Shown piece after piece: positions 1-8,579 of a stretch of DNA of 57,425 nucleotides; position 1 is the first letter of the stretch, and the number at the start of each line of letters is the position of its first letter. The notes under the pieces are model-generated. The model ran no database searches. It was not told where the DNA came from and worked only from the letters and a program-made list of their open reading frames with translations. Made by a program: the position numbers and the translations under genes. Source of the stretch: a bacterium (lineage in GTDB: Bacteria; Krumholzibacteriota; Krumholzibacteriia; G020349025); the NCBI GenBank assembly GCA_031362565.1, contig JANLSU010000005.1:1-57425 (forward strand), read 5' to 3'.

Positions 1-1666
1 GCCGTGGGAAGCGCTGCCGCTCTATGAAGCCGCGCTGGCCTGTGAACCCGGCACCGATGCCGCGGAGGAATTGACGCTCCGCGTCGCCGAGTTGCGCACC
101 CAAGTCGGGCAAACGGATGCCGCCGCACAGTTGCTCCTGCAGCGCCTGGTCGCCGTGCGCCGTCCGCTCTTGCGCGCCCGCTACTTGCACCGGTTGGGCG
201 ACACGTATGGCCGGCAAGGCCGGAACGCCGAGGCCCTGTTCCACTTGCAAGCCGCGGCGGAGCTGTTTCAGAAGCACGCCGACGCGGATGAGCAGCGGCG
301 GTTCGCCGCCGATCTCGTGCGCATCTTGATCGCCAACGGCGACTATGCCGGCGCCATTGCCGAGTGCACGCGCGCCTTGTCCGAAGTGCCGGCGGAGGCG
401 GCGGCCAACCGTGGCACCTTCCTGAATCTGCAGGCACAGGCGCGGCGGCAAAGCGGTGACTATGCGGGCGCCGAGGCCACGGCGCGCGAGGCGCTCGAAA
501 CCCTGAAGCCGGTCGGACGCACGCTGGAATTGGCGCAGGCCTACACCCAACTTGGCACGAGCTACTACTACCGGAAGGATTTCGAGCAAGCGGAACGTTT
601 CTATCGCGCCGCACTCAAGGCACATACCGACCTTGGCGATCTGCACGGCATGAAGAGTGCGTATGGCAACCTCGCCATGTCGCTCATGCGTGCCGACCGG
701 CTCGACGAGGCCATCGTAGCCAACGAGAAGAGCCTCGAATTGAAACGCCGCTTGGGCGATCAATGGGGCGAGGCCACGAGCCTCAACAATCTGGGCAACC
801 TGTGGGAGCGCCGCAGCGAATACCGGCGCGCCTTCCAGTTCTACCGGCGCGCCATCTCCATTTACCGGCGGCTGCACCGGTCGCGCGAACTGGGCACCAT
901 CTATCACAACATGGGCGAAGTGCACGTGCGGCTTGGACGGTTCCACGACGCATTGCCGTTCCTTGCGCGCGCCGAGACGCTGTTGGCAGCGTTTCCAACC
1001 TCCTACATCGCGTTGATGGCGGTCCACACCAAGTCGAGCGCGCTCATGGCACTCGACGAAACCCAACCCGCCATCGCCGGGCTCATGGCCGGCCTGCAGC
1101 AAGTGCGCAAGTCGGGATTGTCCGACGTCGCGGCGCGCTATCACAGCCGCCTCGCGCTTGCCTACATGATCGTGGGAGACCGGTCGCAGTCGGAATTGCA
1201 CGAACGCCAGGCGCTCGAACTCATGCCCCCGGAACTGGAGCCCGAAACGCGCCTCGACTGCCTCGTCGATTTGGGCGAGCGGGCGCTTCTCGATGCCCGC
1301 GTCGATGTGGCCGAGGTGCACGCTCGCGATGCAGTTGAAATCGCCGGCCGCGGCACCCGCACCTGGTTCCTCGCCTGCGCGCTCCGGCTCGCGGCGCGGT
1401 GCGACGCGCGGCGCGGCAACTGGGACCGCGCCGAGATCCAACTGGAGAGCGCGCTGGGCGTGGCGCGCGACTTGGGGTTCCGTTACATCGCCGCAAAGTG
1501 CTATAAAGAACTGGGTCACATCCATTGGGACATCGGGCTACGCGGCCGGGCGACGGACGACTTCGAGCGTTGTATCCGCCTCCTCGAGGACCTCGAGCTG
1601 CGGACCGAGCTTGGCCTGACGTACCTGGAGCTGGCCCGTCTGACGGTGGGTCCGCCGGCGGATTAG
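1..1666 (+). CDS. Tetratricopeptide-repeat protein, 5'-partial (MalT/STAND-like TPR region)
   Basis: Frame is open from the window edge (PWEALPLYEAALA...). Many TPR units, e.g. LAQAYTQLGTSYYYRKDFEQAERFYRAAL and EATSLNNLGNLWERRSEYRRAFQFYRRAI. Stop at 1664-1666. Confidence 0.85.
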   Translation, partial: PWEALPLYEAALACEPGTDAAEELTLRVAELRTQVGQTDAAAQLLLQRLVAVRRPLLRARYLHRLGDTYGRQGRNAEALFHLQAAAELFQKHADADEQRRFAADLVRILIANGDYAGAIAECTRALSEVPAEAAANRGTFLNLQAQARRQSGDYAGAEATAREALETLKPVGRTLELAQAYTQLGTSYYYRKDFEQAERFYRAALKAHTDLGDLHGMKSAYGNLAMSLMRADRLDEAIVANEKSLELKRRLGDQWGEATSLNNLGNLWERRSEYRRAFQFYRRAISIYRRLHRSRELGTIYHNMGEVHVRLGRFHDALPFLARAETLLAAFPTSYIALMAVHTKSSALMALDETQPAIAGLMAGLQQVRKSGLSDVAARYHSRLALAYMIVGDRSQSELHERQALELMPPELEPETRLDCLVDLGERALLDARVDVAEVHARDAVEIAGRGTRTWFLACALRLAARCDARRGNWDRAEIQLESALGVARDLGFRYIAAKCYKELGHIHWDIGLRGRATDDFERCIRLLEDLELRTELGLTYLELARLTVGPPAD

Positions 1667-1771
1667 CGCCCCGGTCAGCGTCAACGGTGCACGCTGGGAT
1701 TGGACCGACCGGATCGAGTACAGTTCAAGAGATGCAATTGTGCCCCCGGCTGCCAACGGGAGGACCGCCAA

Positions 1772-3412
1772 GTGACGAGCGCAGGACGCGAAGATTTCCT
1801 CAAGCGTGCCGAAGAGATGTTGCGCGGCACGCGTTGGGAACAGGACCTCAATGAGGCCCGCAGCGAGATCCAGCAGGCCGAGCCGTCGGATGGGTCGGCG
1901 GCCGAGGACGATCGGAGCCAGTTGCTCCTACGTACGTCCGAAATCCTGAACTCGATCCTGTCGTTCGAGGAAGTCGTTCAGCGCACGATGGACTTGGCGA
2001 TCCGTTGTCTGAAGGCCGAGCGCGGCATCATTTTCCTGCTCGATGACAAGAACCGCTTCGTGCCCATCACCCAGGCCAACGTCGAATCGCAGTGCCTGGC
2101 GGACGCGATGGAATACAGCGAGAGCATTCTGCGGCGCGCCGCCGAGGATCACGTGCTGTGGAGCGGCAACGCCGTCACCGACCAGCGTTTCTCGCAGTAC
2201 GAGAGCATCGCGGCTTTCCATATCAAGTCGTTCATGTGCGTGCCGCTGAAACGCATGGGCAAGATCATCGGCACCGTGTACGTCGACAGCCGCACCCTCG
2301 AGAACGCCTTCGGTCCCAAGGACGTGCAATTCCTCCGCACTCTGGCCAACCAGGCGGGAATTGCCATCGAGAACGCCCGGCTGCATGAACGCGTGCGCGC
2401 CGAGAACCGCGAGCTGCGGAGCGAAATCCAGCATTCGATCGGCGAAGGCCGCTCGATCGTCGGCAACGATCCCAAGATCCGCCGCATTCTCGATATGGTC
2501 GATCGCGTCGCCGACTCCACCGCCACCGTGCTCGTGACCGGCGAGAGCGGCACCGGCAAGGAGATGTTCGCGCGTGCCATTCATCAAAAGAGCGCCCGGC
2601 TCGGCCGCCCGTTCATTGCGCTCAACTGCGCCGCGATTCCGGAAGCGCTGCTCGAGTCGGAACTCTTCGGACACATGAAAGGCTCCTTCACGGGAGCCCA
2701 AGCCAACAAAATCGGCAAGTTCGAGGCCGCCGATACCGGAACCCTTTTCCTGGACGAGATCGGCGACATGGCGTTGCCGCTGCAGTCGAAGATCTTGCGC
2801 GTCCTGCAGGAAGGCACGATCGAACCGGTGGGCTCGAACAAGACAAAGGACGTGGACGTCCGCATCGTTGCAGCCACGAACCGCAACTTGGCGCAGATGG
2901 TGCAGGCCGGCGCGTTCCGCGAAGACTTGTACTACCGGCTAAACGTCATCGTGCTCGACTTGCCGCCGCTTCGCGAGCGGCCGAGCGACGTTCCCAAGCT
3001 CATCGAACACTTTCTCGACAAGTGCCGGACCGCCAAGACGGCACTCAAGGCGTTTTCACCGGACGCGATGGTGCTCCTCAAGGCATACCCCTGGCCGGGC
3101 AACATTCGCGAGCTGGAGAACACGGTGCTCCGTATCGCGCTGCTCTGTAATCGCGAAGTCGCGGAGCCGGACGACGTGCGGCCGCTGTTGGAAGGTGGCG
3201 GACCGGCGGCGCGCCTCGCGGCCAACGTCGCAGTCCCCGCTCCGTCAGCGACCGTGCGGCTTCTCGATGATGTCGAACGCGACGCCATCGTCAGCGCCTT
3301 GACGCGCTTCGAGGGCAATCGCACCGCCGCGGCGCACGCGCTGGGCATTTCGGTGCGCAAGCTCCAATACAAAATCAAAGAGTACCAGCAAGCGGGATTG
3401 GCCATCGATTGA
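1772..3412 (+). CDS. Sigma-54-dependent transcriptional activator (GAF - AAA+ - Fis HTH; NifA/FhlA-like)
   Basis: GAF (SFMCVPLK..IIGTVYVD), Walker A GESGTGKE, ESELFGHMKGSFTGA, Walker B LFLDEIG, FREDLYYRLNV, WPGNIRELEN, HTH GNRTAAAHALGIS. GTG start at 1772 follows GGAGG. Confidence 0.95.
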   Translation: MTSAGREDFLKRAEEMLRGTRWEQDLNEARSEIQQAEPSDGSAAEDDRSQLLLRTSEILNSILSFEEVVQRTMDLAIRCLKAERGIIFLLDDKNRFVPITQANVESQCLADAMEYSESILRRAAEDHVLWSGNAVTDQRFSQYESIAAFHIKSFMCVPLKRMGKIIGTVYVDSRTLENAFGPKDVQFLRTLANQAGIAIENARLHERVRAENRELRSEIQHSIGEGRSIVGNDPKIRRILDMVDRVADSTATVLVTGESGTGKEMFARAIHQKSARLGRPFIALNCAAIPEALLESELFGHMKGSFTGAQANKIGKFEAADTGTLFLDEIGDMALPLQSKILRVLQEGTIEPVGSNKTKDVDVRIVAATNRNLAQMVQAGAFREDLYYRLNVIVLDLPPLRERPSDVPKLIEHFLDKCRTAKTALKAFSPDAMVLLKAYPWPGNIRELENTVLRIALLCNREVAEPDDVRPLLEGGGPAARLAANVAVPAPSATVRLLDDVERDAIVSALTRFEGNRTAAAHALGISVRKLQYKIKEYQQAGLAID

Positions 3413-3414
3413 CG

Positions 3415-5805
3415 ATGCGTATTTCCCGCACCCACCTGCTCGGACTCGGTGTCCCGCTCGCCATCGCGTTGTGCATGTGTGCGGTGGCGTGGAACGCCGA
3501 GCACCGCGGCGGCACCGGCTTCGGATTCCCGCTCGACGACGCCTGGATCCACTGCACCATCGCGCGCAACGTCGCGCAGGGGCACGGCTGGTGCTACACG
3601 GCTGGCGAACTGTCGCAGCCCTCGTCCGGTCCGTTGTGGACCCTGCTCGTGGCCGCTGGTTTCGCGATCTTTGGGCCCGTCGTTTGGGTGCCCAAGGTGT
3701 TGGCCGCGCTGTGCCTGGTCGGCTGCGTGTGGGCGGTGTGGCGATTGGCTCGGTTGCTGGCGGATGAAGGCACGGCGGGCGTCGCAGCGTTGCTCACCGC
3801 GACCTGTGCACCGCTCGTATGGCACGGGCTCTCGGGAATGGAGACGCCGCTTGCGGCGCTGCTCGTCACGCTCACCGTGGATGCCTTCTATCGTTGGCCG
3901 GCGGGACGGAAGCGCTTCATGTGGGCGGTGCTGGCCGCCGCGTCGACGGCGACGCGGGCCGAGGCGCTCGTTCTCCTGCCGATTCTGGCGCTCGAACGCG
4001 CGTTCGGGGGCGCTGCGCCGGCGGCATCGCATGCACCGGCGACCGGCGTGCGGCGCGACGCAATGCTCGGCGTCGCCGTGGGCATCGCCTGCCTCATCCC
4101 CTATTTCGCCTTGAACATGACCCACGCGGGATCGCTCTTTCCATCGACGTTCGCCGCCAAGGCGCGCGAGACGGGACTGTTGTACGCCGCCGCCCACTTC
4201 GATTGGCGCGAGATGCTGGTGTCGCTGACATTGGCGCCCTACGTGTGGGCGGTGTTTGGGATCGCCTTCTTCGCGCGCATGAATGTCGGGCTTTTCGTAT
4301 TGGCGCCGGTGGGCGCCTGGGTTTTGGCCCGCACCCCACGGCGCGCCGTGGCGCCGGGGCTCTTGCTCGTCGCATTGCCGCTCTTGCGTGGGATCGCGGC
4401 GCCGCATCAAACGCCGCCAATTCACCATGGGCGGTATGTAGGCGCCATCGTGCCGCTCTTCCTCTTGTGCGCCGCGGTTGGAGTCGTGGCACTTTGGCGA
4501 GCGCGCGGGCAGCGTGCGCCGGCGGCGGGCGCGGAATCCTCGCCCGCATGGTTGGCGGCACTCGCCACGCCCGGCGTCCGCATCGCGTGCGTCACGGTCC
4601 TGGCGCTTGCGACGGGAGCGCTCGTGCACTTGCAGATGACCTTGCCGCGTGAAGGGGCGGGGATCCTGAGTGCGATGCGAGCGGTCGTGCCCGGCGCGGT
4701 ATCGGAGGGCGGACTGCATCCACTGCTGCAGACCGAGCGGCTCGGGCTCGCGCTCGCGTTCTTGCCGCCCGTCGTGATTCTGGCGCTCGGTTTTGGGCGC
4801 CAACGTATTGCCGCGGCGAGCGTCGCCGTATTCGCGGTGATCGCGATCGGAGTGCAGGCGGCGAGCCTCGTCCGCCTGCCGTCGCAGTACGCGCGCAACG
4901 TCAAGAACATCCAGGAGATGGATGTGGCGCTCGGGCGCTGGGTGGACGCCAACGTCCCGGCGGGCGAACGCGTTGCGGCGTGTGATATCGGCGCCATTGG
5001 GTTCTTCGGGGGAAGGCCCGTCGTCGATGTGTTTGGCTTGGCAACGCCGGCGCTTGCCGGTACTCAGTCTCCGAGTCACATGCGAACGCTCGCGGCGCTC
5101 AAACCGCTGGCGCCGAAATACGTCATCCTCTTCCCCACCGTGTTCCCCGAGTGGGCCGGGCGCGTTTCGCTCCTGAAGCCGATTTTCGAGCATCGGATTT
5201 CGGACAACTCGATTTTGGCATCGCACGTGGCGCGCGCCTACGAAGCCGACTGGGAACGCTTCGGGCGCTACTACGACGACGCGATCTTGGCACGCATCGA
5301 CCCGCCGGACACGGGTGGCGCACTCCGCGACCACTGGCGCCGCGGGCTCTACAACTTGGGGCTGCGAACCCACGCCGAACTCTTCGCCGATGCCGGCGCA
5401 TTGCGGCGCGACCGCGGCGAGGCCGTCACCGCGGAGTCAGCGTTCCGGTACGCGATCAAACTGGATGGCAGACATGTACCGCAAGCGTGGGTCGGTCTCG
5501 CGCAACTATTCAGCGGTCAACAGCAGGGACGCGAACTGGGAGCGGTGCTCGACCAACTGAATTCGACGCTCGGCAATTTCGCGACGGGCTACGAGATCAA
5601 AGGCGATTTCATGTTGCGCGAAGGCCAAACCGCCAAGGCCTTCAGCGCCTGGGACGCAGGCCTGTTGCTGGCGCCCGATTCGCCACACCTGTTGCAAAGG
5701 CTCGAGCAATTGGTGACGCGGTACGAAGGCGACGAAAAAGCGCTCCCGTACCGCGCCAAGCTGGCAGAACTCGGGGTCCAACCGATGCCCAGGCCCACCG
5801 AATAG
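3415..5805 (+). CDS. Multi-pass membrane GT-C-fold glycosyltransferase-like protein with C-terminal TPR-like region
   Basis: DDAWIH motif after the first TM, SSGPLWTLL, SGMETPL, TRAEALV, many TM helices, and DIGAIGFF..RPVVDVFGL typical of uncharacterised GT-C proteins. Helical TPR-like C-terminus. Starts 2 nt after the upstream stop. Confidence 0.7.
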   Translation: MRISRTHLLGLGVPLAIALCMCAVAWNAEHRGGTGFGFPLDDAWIHCTIARNVAQGHGWCYTAGELSQPSSGPLWTLLVAAGFAIFGPVVWVPKVLAALCLVGCVWAVWRLARLLADEGTAGVAALLTATCAPLVWHGLSGMETPLAALLVTLTVDAFYRWPAGRKRFMWAVLAAASTATRAEALVLLPILALERAFGGAAPAASHAPATGVRRDAMLGVAVGIACLIPYFALNMTHAGSLFPSTFAAKARETGLLYAAAHFDWREMLVSLTLAPYVWAVFGIAFFARMNVGLFVLAPVGAWVLARTPRRAVAPGLLLVALPLLRGIAAPHQTPPIHHGRYVGAIVPLFLLCAAVGVVALWRARGQRAPAAGAESSPAWLAALATPGVRIACVTVLALATGALVHLQMTLPREGAGILSAMRAVVPGAVSEGGLHPLLQTERLGLALAFLPPVVILALGFGRQRIAAASVAVFAVIAIGVQAASLVRLPSQYARNVKNIQEMDVALGRWVDANVPAGERVAACDIGAIGFFGGRPVVDVFGLATPALAGTQSPSHMRTLAALKPLAPKYVILFPTVFPEWAGRVSLLKPIFEHRISDNSILASHVARAYEADWERFGRYYDDAILARIDPPDTGGALRDHWRRGLYNLGLRTHAELFADAGALRRDRGEAVTAESAFRYAIKLDGRHVPQAWVGLAQLFSGQQQGRELGAVLDQLNSTLGNFATGYEIKGDFMLREGQTAKAFSAWDAGLLLAPDSPHLLQRLEQLVTRYEGDEKALPYRAKLAELGVQPMPRPTE

Positions 5806-5829
5806 GGCCCCGCTGACTTGCAGGGAAAA

Positions 5830-5921
5830 TGGCGGAGAGGCAGGGATTCGAACCCTGGGAGCCCAGTAAAGGGCTCAACGGTTTTCGAAACCGTCCCGAT
5901 CGACCACTCTGGCACCTCTCC
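5830..5921 (-). tRNA. tRNA-Ser (anticodon CGA)
   Basis: Minus strand reads GGAGAGG..TGG..ACGGT-TTCGAAA-ACCGT (anticodon arm), long variable arm GAGCCC..GGGCTC, GGTTCGAATCC T-loop, and CCTCTCC-G-CCA end. Confidence 0.97.
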
Positions 5922-5949
5922 GCTCAGAGTTAACCTATAAGGCCTTGGA

Positions 5950-5979
5950 TAGTTACCCGGAGCACCCTAGGTGCGTCAA
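5950..5979 (-). promoter_or_regulatory. Possible sigma-70 promoter for tRNA-Ser
   Basis: TTGACG (5979-5974), 18 nt, TAACTA. The -10 match is imperfect. Confidence 0.35.
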
Positions 5980-6038
5980 GGGGCTCCCCGGTGTGTTCCG
6001 TGCAGTGAGCCGTTGCGAACTGCGGGGCCTGGTGGCGC

Positions 6039-8462
6039 TTACGGGAGCCCGATGCCGACGACGTCGTTCGCGCCCAAACCCACGAGACTCCCGTCAAACA
6101 ACAGCGCCGTTCCGAACGTGCCGCTGGTCGTGGAGCCGGTCGATGTGGGTGTGAAGACGAAGACATCCTCGTCCGCGCCCGAGACACCCGGCACCGAGAA
6201 CGAGCCCGTCGTCGACAGGAGGATGCGTCCCGCGCTGTCGACGGCGACGGCATCCACGTTCTCGCCGCTCGACGTCAGGCCCACATCGCTGCCGTCGAAG
6301 TAGAGCGCGAAGGTACCCGCCGTGGTACTCCCGAGCGTCGTCGGCTGGAACGCGACCAGGTCTTCGTCGGCGCCCGAAACTCCCGGCACCGAGAACGATC
6401 CGAGGGTCGAGAGCAGTAAGCGACCGTCCGGCAAGATCTCGATTGCATCGACATCCTCGTCGCTCGCTGTCAGCCCAACGTCGCTGGCGTCGAAATACAT
6501 GCTGAACGTTCCCGCCGTCTGCGAACCGAGTGAGGTCGCGGTAAAGCGCAGGATGTCGGAATCATCCATCGCCACTCCTCCGACCGTGCCCGAGTTGGTG
6601 AACGACACCAGGATTTGTGTCGGGCCGATGATCTCGAAGGCATCGAGCGCGAGGCTCGCGAGCCCGACGTCGGATCCGTCGAAGTGCAGGCTCAGGCCCG
6701 CGCCGTCGAACGCCACAATGTCCTCGTTGGCGAACGCTTGGCCACCCAGGGTCGCGTTGTCCAGCAGCGCCAGGTACAGGACGGCGGTCGGCCGGTCGGT
6801 CACAATGAGCGTCGCCGTGCCCTGTCCCACTGCGCCGTGGCTGTCGGTGACCGTCACGGTGATCGTGTACGTCCCGTCGGTCGCGAAAATGTGGTTGCCG
6901 GTGATGGTTCGGGCCGCCGGATTGACGGCACCGGGCCCGATGGACCCGTCGCCCCAAGCGATCGCCGCCGTGTGTGCGTCCCCGACATCATCGGTGAACG
7001 CCGCCGACAGGCTCACGCTCGTCCCTTCCGGCACGCTGGGAATCGGCGCCACGGTGACCAACGGCGGGTGATTGACGGGCGTCGCGACGGCGATCGTTGC
7101 TTGACCGCTGGCGGTCCCGACGGTCGCCGTGATCGTGGCGTCGCCAGCCGACACGGCGTGCACGAGTCCGTTCGCATTGACGGTCGCAACGGCGGCATCG
7201 CTCGACGACCAAGCCGCAACGCAGCCACCGAGTGGCGCGCCGGCGCCATCTGTGGCCGTCGCTTGCAATTGGACCGTAGCGCCGGCGTCGAGCGTCGCGT
7301 TGGGCGGTGACACCGCCACCAAGGCCGCCGCGGTGCAATCGGTGCGGTTACGCACGTCGTAACCCGGCGTGTCGATCGCCAGGCCGAGCGCGGTCGCGAT
7401 GTCCTGCCAGCCCACCATCCGGAAGTCGGTGTCCCGGTTCTGGGCCACGAAGAGTCCCTGCGGATAGAGCGGCCCCAGGTCCATGTTGTTGACGTCGATG
7501 CCGTCGGTATCATGGGCCGGCGGGAGCGCGAAAGTGCCCAGGTAGTCGTTGCTTCCCTCGCGCCGGTAGACGATGTACCGGTCATTGCCCTGGCTCGAGG
7601 CGATGAGGTATCCACGGCCGTCCCGCCGGTAGTACAGCGTGAGACCCTCGATATCAGCCACGAGCTGCGTCGCCGAACCGACGACATCGACGGTGGCGAG
7701 ACGGGCGTTGGGCCGGCCGGGTTCGGCGTCATACTTGTAGATACCGTGGCGCTCTTCCGCCAAGTACAGCGAACCGAGTTCGTCGTCGGCCGCCATCCCT
7801 TCGATCACGCTGCTCGTTGCATACGTTCGCGCCAAGACGCCGCCGACCGTGCCATCGCCGCGGTCGACGAACTCCCATTGCTCGACTCGCGCGCCGGATG
7901 ACACGATGCCGTAGTAGCGGCCGGTCGCCCGGCTGTGATACATGATGTACCCGTAAACGTCGATTCCGGTTTGAATCGTACCCACCGGTGCCAAGACTCG
8001 CGTTACCGGATCGATGGCGTAGACGTCGATCTGATTGGTATTGCGGTCGCAGGCCGAGATCAGGTCGACGGCGTGGCCCTGCAGCAGGAACCCGTAGCGC
8101 AGGTCGACGTTGTTGTGTTTGCCACCCGCGGCGAACTGGAGCTGGGTCCCCTGTAGATCGAAGACATGGAGACCGCCGCTGCTGTTCTTGTTGGTGCCAA
8201 TGATGAGCGACAGCGACGGGTCGCTGGGGTGCACCCAGATCGCCGGATCGTCGGCGATCCCGGCCGGCCCCGTGAGACCCGTCGCAGCGACGGTAAAGAG
8301 CCCGGCCTTGGGAAACGGACCCACTTCGTCCTGCGGCACCGCTGCGGCGCCAAGCCAAGCCGGCAGCGGCGGTGCCGGCGACTCGCGGACCACCCAGGAA
8401 GGATGATCACAGCTGGGCACTGCCAGCACGCCAAGAATAAAGGCCATCCGTGCGACGCCCAT
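6039..8462 (-). CDS. Secreted beta-propeller phytase with Big_2-like Ig, PKD-like and C-terminal repeat domains; possible lipoprotein
   Basis: Phytase motifs ADDPAIWVHP, IIGTNK, NNVDLRYGF, EGMAADDE, ADIEGLTLY, GYLIASSQG, DTDGID. WSSSDAAVATVNANGLV (Big_2). AWGDGS..HIFATDGTYTITVTVTD (PKD). ATG at 8462 after a GGAG-containing RBS; possible lipobox VPSC. Confidence 0.88.
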   Translation of the reverse strand: MGVARMAFILGVLAVPSCDHPSWVVRESPAPPLPAWLGAAAVPQDEVGPFPKAGLFTVAATGLTGPAGIADDPAIWVHPSDPSLSLIIGTNKNSSGGLHVFDLQGTQLQFAAGGKHNNVDLRYGFLLQGHAVDLISACDRNTNQIDVYAIDPVTRVLAPVGTIQTGIDVYGYIMYHSRATGRYYGIVSSGARVEQWEFVDRGDGTVGGVLARTYATSSVIEGMAADDELGSLYLAEERHGIYKYDAEPGRPNARLATVDVVGSATQLVADIEGLTLYYRRDGRGYLIASSQGNDRYIVYRREGSNDYLGTFALPPAHDTDGIDVNNMDLGPLYPQGLFVAQNRDTDFRMVGWQDIATALGLAIDTPGYDVRNRTDCTAAALVAVSPPNATLDAGATVQLQATATDGAGAPLGGCVAAWSSSDAAVATVNANGLVHAVSAGDATITATVGTASGQATIAVATPVNHPPLVTVAPIPSVPEGTSVSLSAAFTDDVGDAHTAAIAWGDGSIGPGAVNPAARTITGNHIFATDGTYTITVTVTDSHGAVGQGTATLIVTDRPTAVLYLALLDNATLGGQAFANEDIVAFDGAGLSLHFDGSDVGLASLALDAFEIIGPTQILVSFTNSGTVGGVAMDDSDILRFTATSLGSQTAGTFSMYFDASDVGLTASDEDVDAIEILPDGRLLLSTLGSFSVPGVSGADEDLVAFQPTTLGSTTAGTFALYFDGSDVGLTSSGENVDAVAVDSAGRILLSTTGSFSVPGVSGADEDVFVFTPTSTGSTTSGTFGTALLFDGSLVGLGANDVVGIGLP
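6060..6720 (-). repeat. Four ~60-65-aa FD(G/A)SDVGL repeats in the phytase C-terminus
   Basis: FDGSDVGL, FDASDVGL, FDGSDVGL, FDGSLVGL. FSVPGVSGADED recurs at a 195-bp spacing (about 6177 and 6372). Confidence 0.8.
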
Positions 8463-8527
8463 GCTGCTCCCCCCGGGTGAACTCACGACCGGGCATTCGA
8501 CGGCGCGGGTAGGTTCGGGTGTCTGGA

Positions 8528-8556
8528 CTCATAGCCTGACTCGCGGTCACCGTCAA
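8528..8556 (-). promoter_or_regulatory. Putative sigma-70 promoter of the phytase gene
   Basis: TTGACG-N17-TATGAG on the minus strand, about 65 nt upstream of the ATG. Confidence 0.5.
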
Positions 8557-8579
8557 GCGGCGGCGTGAATTCCCCAGCG

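Noticed and set aside
2650..2700. GSFTGA instead of GAFTGA in the activator
   Set aside because: This is a common natural variant, and all other AAA+ motifs are intact.
5830..5921. tRNA-Ser as the attachment site of an integrated island
   Set aside because: No integrase or transposase and no duplicated tRNA 3' end was seen. The accessory-looking region lies on the tRNA's 5' side.
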